This document shows positions 34,601 through 46,600 of a stretch of 64,000 nucleotides of DNA, piece by piece. The DNA is from Histomonas meleagridis 2922-C6/04-290x. Lineage: Eukaryota; Protista; Parabasalia. The stretch spans positions 124,001 to 188,000 of the forward strand of contig JAANOX010000253.1 of the NCBI GenBank assembly GCA_020184695.1, given 5' to 3'. Each line of letters starts with the position of its first letter. The first letter of the stretch is position 1. The notes beneath the pieces were generated by a model, which saw only the letters and a list, made by a program, of their open reading frames with translations, was not told where the DNA came from and did no database searches. Made by a program: the position numbers and the translations under genes.

Positions 34601-37600
34601 ATTAATATGATTAGTAGATTTAATAGATGTACATAATGAAGAAATTACATTAGAACGTAATCCTTGATTAGTTAAATTAAGTACTGGATTTTGCCAATTC
34701 TTTATAATTGGTCGAATTCTTTCAAGTGCTTTAACATGTTCATTTAATAATTTCTTATTATCTGAATCAGGTACAACTTTAGTTATTTGTGGATATATAT
34801 CAGTCAAATAATTAATTGTAAGTTTAGCTAAATCTGAAATTGTAGGCATATCATATCTAAAACCTCTTTCTTTAAACTTAAGATTTGATACTGCTTTACG
34901 TATAAATATTGATAATTGTGGAGGTAATTTATGTGTTTTATCATTAGTTAATAAATCTTCAGAAATTACTGTGATTTGATCTAAATGTGATTGGAAATAA
35001 GCCATCATAGATAAATCAGATTGGAATACCCAATCACTAAATTCTTTACCACAATCTTGTAAAGGTTGTACAATAGGTTTAAGTGTAGGAATTAATGTAA
35101 CTTTACTTAATAATAATTGTAATGAATCATCAATATTATGCATTGGTTGGAAATTAAATACTGCTGTAGGTAATGATTGACATTGTAATATTAATGTAGT
35201 ATCTGAATGTTTAATAGCATTTTGTAATTTAGTTAAATAGAATTTAGTTTCATCATCAAACATATTCGAATATTGTTCAATTCTTTGTTCTAAAAATTCT
35301 AATGATTTCTCTAATTGAATTAATTGTAATGCTGTTCTAACAGAAGTTTTAACAACTAATTTCTCATAAAGATCATTAGCTAAAACTGTTGAACTACATG
35401 AAATTACTGTTCTTAATGAATCAGATAATCGAATTAATTCATGACGTGGCATTATAGGCATTATTAAACCTGCTGCAGTAGAAATATAAATTGGAACTTG
35501 ATCTTGATGATCAAGAATAAATCCTAAGTTATCAGAAAGATTTTCAAATAAATCGGGTTCAACTTCATTATTCTTTGATTCTAAAGCAGCAAATGTTTGA
35601 TCTGCTAATTCTTTAATAGCTTTATCAGATAATATTGGATTCTTAAGGACTATAGCATCAGAATATTTAATTTGTACCTTTTGTAATGATGTATATTCAC
35701 TTAATAAATCAAATAATTTATTAAGATCAACTAAATAAGCTTCATGACTTGGATTTTCTTGTAAATAAGGTAATAATAATGAAGTTGCTTGATATAATTC
35801 ATCAAGTGTCATTTGAAGTTTTCTAAGTTGAGCTTCAGGGATTATGGCTATAGCTCTATCAACTGTAGTATCAAATGATTTAGAATATTCATATAATGTA
35901 TTATTAGATACAACATCATCACGTTGTAAGAATTGACGTGATTGAGGTTGAATCTTCTTAAGTAATGGTAATACAGCATTAATAAATTCTTTAGCTTTAA
36001 CTTTATCAAGATGTGGATTTTCTAATATATGTAAGATAGTATTAATATTATCATTAACTATTCTAGTATTTCTACCAATATAAGGATCATGAACTATTGG
36101 TGATATTAATTCTGATGATGATATAATTGATTGCATCTTTTCTTTCAATTCTGAAAGTATTTTCTTTAATTCATCTTCATTAAAATCTGGTTTAAATGAT
36201 GAAGATTTAATTGCGCCAAGTTGTTGTTCAATATCTTTAGCAAGTTTTAATGCATTAGGTCTATCTAATAATGTATTAGCTTCAATTAATTCTTTATAGA
36301 ATTGACGTAATGATTCAATTTGTGCTCCAAGTTTAGGTACTGAAGAAGATAATTCTTCACTAAGTTCAACTTTAGTAAATTTAGTTGGATCACTCTTAGG
36401 TCTTTCTAAACCTGGTAATTGTCTAATACAATTAATTGTAGCAAGTGCAGCTTCTGCATGTTTACCTAATAATTTAGCTAAATCTTCAATTTCTTTAGGT
36501 ATTAAACTCTTTCTTAAATCCATTGGTATTTGAGAATATTTCTCTAATAATTTAAGTATAATATTTTTATCATCATTAGCTACATGAATATTATATTTAG
36601 GATCTTTAGAATGATCTTGTAATTCTTGATATGAAGTTGTACCAAATTCGATCCAATCTTGTAATGCATTATAAGCAATTTGATTTTGTTTAACTTTAGG
36701 ATTATTAGAATGATTCTTAAATGATGTTAAACATTCATTTAATATTGGTAAATAATTCTTAATTAAATCTTTGCAATCTTCTAATGTTGGTTTAACTTCT
36801 TCTAATATCTTTGTTAATGAATCTGATAATGCACTTAAATGATCTTGATGAACTTTATTATTTCTAAAGTCATTAATTTGGGGTAATGTTGGTATCATTA
36901 TACCTAATTCTTTTTGAAGTTTAGTAGCAAATTTATAAAGACTCATATCTGGTTTATTTGATAAAGCACGTAAATGTTTAATAATATTTTCATTATCTTG
37001 AATAGACTTATTAAAGATATTCTTAATTCCTTCATTATTTTGAACTGCTGGTGATTTGTTTAATTCATTTAATGAACTTTGGAAATCTAATAATGACTTT
37101 AATAATGAATCAACCATATTCTTTGTAGGTAATTTTCTAAATGGTTGACATTTAGCTTTTTGTATTGATTGTAATGCATCAATAGCAGAAGTTAATAGAT
37201 GATTAGTCATTTGTTCAAGTTGTAAATTAGAAGTTAAATCAGAAACTTTACGTGAAGCAGGTTGAATACGTTCAACAATTTGTTTAAGTTTTGATATAAC
37301 CGAAGTAGCATTAGCAATAATATCATTAGCAAAAGGTCTTTCATGTAATTCACCTCTAGTTTCAACTTGTGTCAAATAATTATTTCTTAATTGTACACCT
37401 TGGAATTCAAGTTTTTCATGTAATTCATTATTAGCTTTAATATAAGGATTTTCTGAATTAATAGCAAGTAAGTTTAATACACGTGCAGTATCAACTTGTA
37501 ATCGTTGGAATTTCTTTAAGTGATCTAAATGTGAAAATTCTTCGGATATTGGTGATTCACATAAAGTAGATTTAACATTAGTAATCAAACGTTCATATAA

Positions 37601-40600
37601 AACTGGATAAGTAGGATCTAATGTTAACTTATGTAAATCATTTAATAAACCATTAATTTCAGGTAATATATCATGAATTCTTAAGACAACTTGTTGTGCA
37701 CGATATATACATTGACCACTTGTAGGATTTTCTTTGAATTTAGGCATTATTTTATCGATCATATTATTAAGATCTTTAATTTTATTAAGTGTAGCACCAA
37801 ATGAAGTACGTTGTGAATCTGTTAATTTTAATACTATTTCTGGTGGTAATGAAGCATAACGATTCCAAATTGTAGTTAAATCATCTGATATACGTTGTAC
37901 ATTTTCAGGTGTAACATTAATTGAAGATAATGAATAAGCTACTCTTGTTAAATAAGGTATTGTTTGAGTAAATCTTTGTAAATCGATTGGATTACATTTA
38001 ACTTTATTCATTTGTGCTATTACTAATTCATAAGTTTGCATAGTATTTTGTAATGCTTCAAGTGCTTTAGTACGACTTTCATCATTTAATGCATCAATAT
38101 TTAAGTTTTCATAAGTAATTTGAATTGCTTCTGTATCTTTTTCTAATTGTTTAGCTTTAGTACGGAATAAGTTTTGTAATACTTTATTAGAACTTAATGT
38201 AGATGAATCAACAAATTGTGTTAAGAATTTAGAATTATCTATAAGTGTTGGTAAAATTGTTTGTATTGGTCTATGATCACCTGGATAATATTGATAGAAT
38301 TGTGTTCTTCTATCTTGTTTATAATTATTTAATACATCTGACTTCAAAAGTTTTTCTAATGAATTAACTAAATCATTATATAATTTTTCTAATTCTGGTA
38401 AATTAACACCTTTTTCTTTAGCTTTAGCTAACATTGAACCTATAGTTGTAGATTGTTTTAATATATCATTTAATTGTGGAATTAAATGTTTCCTAATCAT
38501 TTCTGGATTACCATTAGACTTTAATAAATTAGAAGCAATTTGTGTTAAAGTAGAAGATGATAAACCTAATGAACGAATAATAGAATTAGCATCTTCAATA
38601 TATTTAGCATACATTGGATAATTTTGTTGTAATGAAGAAATTAATTTTTCTTGTAAATCAGAAATATTTAATAAAGCATTAGCTAAACATTGATCTTCTC
38701 TAGAAGTAGCAAGTTTAAGTAATCTATCATTAACAAATGAATCAGCCAAATTAAGTTTAAGTTCATTAACTTTCTTAGTGATATGTGCTTTAGCATCATT
38801 AACTTTCTTTTTAAGTTCATCCATTTGACTCTTAATTTCTGATATATAAGGAGTAATATCCATATCAGCAAGTGCAATTTCTTGAACTTTCTTACGTAAT
38901 GAATTTAATGAATCTAATAAAGGAAGGAAATATTGTTTAGTTTCATCATCACATTCATCTAATAAATTCTTAAGTTGATTATACATGAAATCCAATTGTC
39001 TATATAAATCATTAGGATCTTTATCATTTAATCCTCCATCTAATATATTTAAGTTTTCTAAAAATCCATCTAATAAATTATCAACACGTTGTAATTGTAA
39101 TCCATCACCAAATAATCTCCAATTTAATCCATCTTTATCTTGATCATTACCATTACCATAATTATATAAGTCATCATCTGCTAAATCACCTGATCTAAGT
39201 AACATATCATCAACTCGACTATCAATTTCATCATCATCTCTTAAATTAAATGCATCTCTATCAAGTAAGTCTAATACTTCATCAAATCCTCCATTAATAT
39301 CATCAAGTTGAATATCAAGGAAGTTCGGGAAATCTTTAAATTCTTCAATATTAAATAATTCAATTAAGTCATTAATAAATGAAAAGATTTCACGTGAATG
39401 TTCTTCTGATTCTACTTCGATATGACAATAAATACCATTTTCATCATTATATGTAATTTCAACTGTATCTTCATGTCTATTAAATGAATTAATCTTTCTC
39501 CACATAATTAATGAATATTGCTTTTGTTTATTAGCATTTTGAATTGTAATTGAATAAGGTGAAAGTGATATTAAACATTCTTTTCGAGCTTTCTTATCAA
39601 CATTAATTACATCAGTATAATAACATTTATAAGTTTCTGATCCATAACCTGTTAAATTATTTGCTAAAATAATATAACGAATCATTGAATTAATTGGTAA
39701 CATTGGTACTATTAAATTAGCTTCTGCTTTAAATCTACGTAATGTATCATCATGAACAGTAATATTCTTTGGTAATAATTGTGTTAATTCTTCAATTGTC
39801 ATTTTATTTGCTTGAATTGATACTTCTGATTGTTGAGAAGATTCTGCATATAAACTTAATATAGCTAATTCAAATGCTTGTTCTTCAGTCATTGTCATTA
39901 TACCTGATAAAGCCATTTGTTTAACATCTTTATAACCATTTAATAATGTTTGATAATTACGTAATAAATTCATTGAGAATAATAAGAATCTACGTTTAAG
40001 TAATACTTCTACATAATTTGGTGTAGTTAAAAGTATATTATATTTGAAATCTAATGGTCTTCTTTCACCTCTTAATACTTCATATAATGTATAACCTAAA
40101 TGTGAACCTAAATTGAAATAATTTGCTAACCTTTGACATTGTGTAAAGATATCAACTTTAATTTCTAATTCAAGTTCTGCTACTCTATGAATTGTAGTAA
40201 TTACTTGAACAACTGGTGTATATTCTACTACAAATAAATGTGCTTCATTTACAGGTGAAACTGATGCTAATGTTTGATCACTTTCAATAAATTTATAATC
40301 ATTATCTTTTTCAAATTTCTTTCTTTGATTTGCTACCATTAATATATAAGCTTTCTTATGTTGAATTGTTAAATCATATAAACCTACTTTAGCAAGTTCA
40401 ACTGGAGTTAAATCTTTAGAAATTTGATATATATTTGGAGATGGATGATCTAATTGTCTTTCAACATAAATTGGCATTGCATTATTTTGATTCTTTTCTA
40501 ATACACTATACATTTCTGCACTACTTCTAGATTTTTGTATCATATCATGTTCTTCTAAACCTGGAAGCCAGAATTTCTTATAAGAATCTAATAATTTAAT

Positions 40601-43600
40601 AATTTTAATTGAACTTTGAGATTCAATTATTAATGTTTGAGTTGAACCACCTTCTTCAGTAACATGAAGGAATAATTTATTTTTAATTAGTGTTGCACTA
40701 ACTACATTCTTATAATCTATTTTAGCATAATCAGTTTGAGTACTTGGATCATAAATATGTACACCTAAAGGTCCTATTGCAATATTTACACGTAATAATT
40801 TCTTTTGTTTTTTAGCAGATTTTGAATCAACCTCAGATTTTTCTTCAAGTTTACCAGAATAAATTTCACAACCAAAATGATTTAACATTCGAGCAGTAAA
40901 GATATATTTCATAATTGCTTGATGTTGTAAGAATTGACCTGAATAACTTGTAATAAGTTCTTTAATCTTATTAAATATTTTATGTTTAAGTTTATAATTT
41001 GATGGTAAAAGTTCAGCAATATTATCAATTTGTATATTAGCAGCTTCTTCTGGTGAAGGATAAAGTGTTAATGCATGATAAACAGCTAATTCAATAGCAT
41101 TATTATCATTAACATCTGGTATACCACTTAATACACTTCTAACTACATCAGGATATAATTGTTCTGATGTATAAGGTGAAATAATATCATCTTTAGTGAA
41201 TAATAAAGCTCTTCTTCTAAATGTCATCTTATCGAAATCTAAAACTTGTTCTGGTACTGTTAAAGCTAAATCTAATGGGAATTCACCAGTTTCATCTCTA
41301 GCATATAATGTATAACCTAATGGGAAATCAACATACATCTTAAAAGCAATTTCATTAATTAATTGATATACAGTTTTCTCAACATTAATTAACATTTCAC
41401 GATCAAATGTATCTGTATGAATTTGAACTGGCATATAAGTATAATATAAATGAATTGTAACTCCATCAAATGGATTTAATGCACCTAATACTACATCATC
41501 TGTAACCCAACGGAAATCATCATCCGAAATTCTAAGTAATGCTGAATATTGACCTGTTGGATCTAATCCTAAGAATTGACAAGCTTTACGTATAACTTCT
41601 TTACCTGTATCTCTTTTATCATAAAGATGTCTTTGTGCATTATCAAAGTCTTGACAAAAGACTGTAATCATTTCTACTCCATGTGCACCTGGATTTTCAT
41701 CGATATCTTGAATCTTTTGCATTAATATTTGACGATGAAGATTCAAATAACTTAAAATTAATGAAGCAATTTCTTCTGCTCGTTCAGATTCAATGTTACA
41801 ATAACCTGCTGTAAATTCTTCTGTACAATATTTAATTGATAATTCAATACCAAATGTTTCAAGTTTAATGAATTTTTGATATGGCACATTAACTAATACA
41901 TTCTTTCTATTTTCATCCATAACAAATACTTTATAAGGTCCACAAAATAGGATAACATTAGTTCTTGTAGTATGTCCATTCTTTTCTTCAACAAGAATAA
42001 CTTGAAATTCTTCACAACCAAATTGTGGTAATGAACGAGCCTTTTGTATATATTTAATCATTGCATTAATTTTACCTTCAACTGGTATAGTATTTAAGAA
42101 TTCATTGATCTTATTTTTACCTGTCTTATAATTAACTTTCATATTAACAGGTAAATATGCTGGAAAACTATTTTCATTTGGTATAGTTGTAGGTGTTAAA
42201 ACTGCAGGTCCATCAGCTATTAAAGCATAATACATTAATTCTAATGCATCATCTTGACTTATTGCAACTTTTCCTGATAATATTAATTCACGTACATCAC
42301 AAAATGCTTGATAAATTGACGTAGGATCTTCAAGATCATGTTTTGTAATAATGAAGAATCTTCTTCTAAATTCTAATTCTGAATAACGTGTAGCTTGTTC
42401 AGGAATTGATATACTTGTATCTAAAGGTTTTGATGGTTGACCTTCTACAGGTAAATATAATGTAAAACCTAATGAATGTTTTAATCCATTACCTTTAGCT
42501 ACTATTGGTAATAATTCTTCAACTTTCTTAACAATTGGTAATATCATCATTTTAGTTTTACCCATTGAGAAATGTATTCTAATTTTTGGAAATGCTTCAA
42601 TTACAAATAATATTGTACCACGATAAGGATTAGCAGATGCTAAAGTTTGATCATTTAATACCCATTTATAAGATTCCTTTAATATCCATAATAATATTGC
42701 ATATTCAATCTTAGGATCAAGTTTCATAATTGGTACAAGTGTATCTGCTACTTCTTTACCTGTTCGAATAGTTTCTAACCAAACCTTTGGTAAATTAACT
42801 CTCTTTTCTAAATCAGAAGAAACATAAAAATCAAGCATTGCTTGACGAACAATACCGTTTTCATCAACAAATCCACCACGTAATCTTTTAATTGTATCTT
42901 CTTGTTCTTTTCTTTGTTCTCTTTGTTTAGCAAGCATTAAATCACGAATAATTTTAATGTTATAATTTAATAACATTAATACTGTATCAATTTCTCTTAA
43001 TTTGAATTCAATTGATATAATCTTTGATGTCTTAGAATTAACAAATTTTAATACAAGTTTATGACCCATTGATTGAAAACCTACAATAAATCTATAAGTA
43101 ATAGCATAAAGTGGTTCTTTTTGATTTGCTAATATAATATAAATTGTCATTGGACCTATAGCTAATGTTGCACCATAAGTTCGAGAATTTACTCCTTGTG
43201 TAACTTCTGTCATTAAACCTTGGAATCTTTCTTCACCAAAACCTGGTAATTTACGTACCATACCTAAATAAAGTTTAGCAGCAATAATTCTTTCTGTTGG
43301 AGGATATTGTTCAAATGATTTCTTAAATTTAGCTTCAAATTTCTTATCAACTTTAATATATGGAGGTATTAATTGATCAAATTCAAATACTTTTCTTTGT
43401 TTAATTTCATTTGGATCTTTAGCTGTACCATATAAAAAGAGAATTGCTAATTCAATTGCTTGTTCTTCACTAATTCTAACAAGTCCATTTGGATCTATTA
43501 ATTTTTCTCGACAATCATTAAGTGTAGTAAAAATAGCTTTAGAAGTTTGAAGTACTTCACCAGATAAAATATAAAATCTACGTTTGAATAATAATTGATC

Positions 43601-46600
43601 ATAAGTTGTACATTGTTCAGGGATAGAGAATCTTGTATCTAATGGTCGAGGATTCTTTTCATCTTCTAATGAATAAAGTGTATAACCTGCAATATTAGGT
43701 AATGCTAATTTTTCGAAAAGTATTGGTGTAATTTCTTCAATTTTCTTAGTAATATCTAATAATAATGTTTTAGTACTACCATCTGTGAATAAGATTCTCA
43801 TTGGTCGTTTGTTCTTAAGAATATATACTGTCATCCCATCTTGAATATTTGCTAAACTTAATATCATATCATTAGTAATCCAACGATATGACTTCTTCAT
43901 TAATTTAATCAAAACAACATTTTGTTCATCATGTGGAATACTTAAATATTGTTCTGCATATTGTAAAAGTGTTTTACCAGTGAATTTAGAATCATAATCA
44001 AATGATTTAGGATCTTCATTAGTCAAATATGTTGTAGTGAATAATGTTATCTTACTTCTTGGATCAATTGGTGCTACATCTTCACCAAATTCTGCCGCTC
44101 TAGCTTTAGCTCTTTCAATAAGAATTTGTTTTGAAACATCCGAATATTCTTCAATTAATGCTTTCATCTTTAAAACTTTTGATGAATGAAATACATATTT
44201 TCCTATTTTACCTAATGATTTCATAATCGAAAATTGTATTTCTAATTGATGGGATAACATATTTAATGAAACAATCTTTGAAATTGAAATTCTTTCTTCT
44301 AATAAACCACTCTTTGGATTAACTAATGTAATAGATAATGGTGAAATATTAACAATCATTTCTACAACTGTCTTCTTATCTTGGAATTTAAGTTCAACTT
44401 TAACTCCTTCGAATTTCTTTGTAGCAAATCCTTGTAATGTACGTACTTTTTGGATAAACTTACGACAGCCATTAAATTGATCAAGTTGTCCAATAGTTTC
44501 AGAAAGTGATTTAACTTTTGAACCAATGTTTTTAGAATCTTTATAACCTTTTGGTAAACGTTTAGATTGATCATCATCTAATTGACTGAAATTAGGTTTA
44601 CCATTATCAGATTCTGCATATAATTGATATAAAACAATTTCTGCTGCTTCATCTTCAGTAAGTTCAATTTTATTTTTAACAAATTCATTAAATGCATCTT
44701 TATATGCAATTTTTGTAGTTTCAAGAGTTGATAAATCTTCTCTTGAAAATAGGAAATATTTACGTAAGAAATAAATATCTTTAATTGATTTTGTTTGTTG
44801 AGGAATTGATAAATCACGATTTAATGGTTGTGTTTTCTTATCTTTAATTGAACAAAGTGTATAACCATGATAATTCTCAATCTTAAAACTTGCTGCAACA
44901 TCTTTAACTAATTCAGAAACAGTTTTCGTTAAATCTAAATTAAGTGGTATTGAATGTGATATTGCAGAATGAACTCGAATTTGTCGTTCTCTTTTGAAGA
45001 CATATAATGTCATTCCATTAAATGGATTATAATCTTCAAGATAATTTGTTTCCCCAAACCATCGACGATCATCTGTACCATATTGAAGAAGTAATGCATA
45101 ACGTCCTTGTTGTTTGTTTGCGCCTAAATGTCTTAAAGCAGTATTAAGCATGTCATCGAATGAATATGAAAGTTGATATTGACAATCTGTTGGATTACTT
45201 GTGCTAAATCCATTACTTGTGTAGATTCTAACTGATTTATCTTTCTCATTTGTGGCAACATCTCCTTTAAGTGTTGGTGAAATATCAGTCTTACGAAGAC
45301 CTCCGAAATTATTTGTCGAAAAGTCAGAAATGCCTGCATCAATCTGAATATCAAATTCTCCTTCATCGCCATCACTTTCATCACTATGTCGACCTGATTT
45401 ATCTTCATTTTCCTTATGAACTGGTGTTGGCGCTGCTTTTGGCACTGGTGAAGGTGCAGCTTTTGGTACCGCAGTGGGCGCTGGTTTTGGTATTGATGTG
45501 GGCGCTGGCTTTGGTATTGATGTAGGTGCTGGTTTTGGAACTGCAACTGGTGCTGGCTTGGGTACTGCAACTGGTGCCGGTTTTGGAACTGCAACTGGTG
45601 CTGGCTTGGGTACTGCAACTGGTGCCGGTTTTGGAACTGCAACTGGTGCCGGTTTTGGAACTGCAACTGGTGCTGGAGCTGGCACAGAAACTGCAGCTGG
45701 TTTTGGTAATTGTGATGGTGCTGGTGCCGGTTGTGAAACTGGCGCTGGTCCTTGTTGTCCTCTTTGTGCTGCGAGTTTGGCACGTTGGAATGGTGATAAG
45801 TTTGACTCATCAACGCTTGATCTTGGTGATGGAGAAGGTGATGGTGCTGCTTTAGGTGTTGCGGCTGGTGCTGCAGATGCTTGTTGACTTCTTTGTGCTG
45901 CAAGTTTAGCACGTTGGAATGGTGTTAATTTCGACTCATCAATTTCTTCTTTAGCAGCTGGTGCAGGTGATGGTTTAGGTGCAGCAGATGGTGCGGGTGC
46001 AGGTGTTGGTTTAGGTGCTGTAGCTGCAGGTGCTTGTTGACCTCTTTGTGCTGCAAGTTTAGCACGCTGGAATGGTGTTAATTTCGATTCATCAATTTCT
46101 TCTTTAGCAGCTGGTGCAGGTGATGGTTTAGGTGCAGCAGATGGTGCAGGTGCGGGTTTATGTGCTGGTGCAGGAGCTGGAGCGGGTGATGGTTTAGGTG
46201 CAACAGCTGGTGCAGGTGCAGGTTTATGTACTGGTGCAGGAGCAGGTGCTGCCTTAGGTGCTGTAGCTGCAGGTGCTTGTTGACCTCTTTGTGCCGCAAG
46301 TTTAGCACGCTGGAATGGTGTTAATTTCGATTCATCAATTTCTTCTTTAGCAGGTGGTGCAGGTTTGTGTAGTGCTGTTGGTGCTTGTTCTGGTTTATGT
46401 ACTGGTGCAGGAGCTGGTGCTGGTGCTGGCTTGTGTACAGCAGCTGGTGCTGGTGCTGGTGTTGGTTTAGGTGCTGTAGCTGCAGGTGCTTGTTGACCTC
46501 TTTGTGCTGCAAGTTTAGCACGCTGGAATGGTGTCAATTTCGATTCATCAATTTCTTCTTTAGCAGCTGGCGCGGGTGCTGGTGTTGGTTTTGGAGCTGC

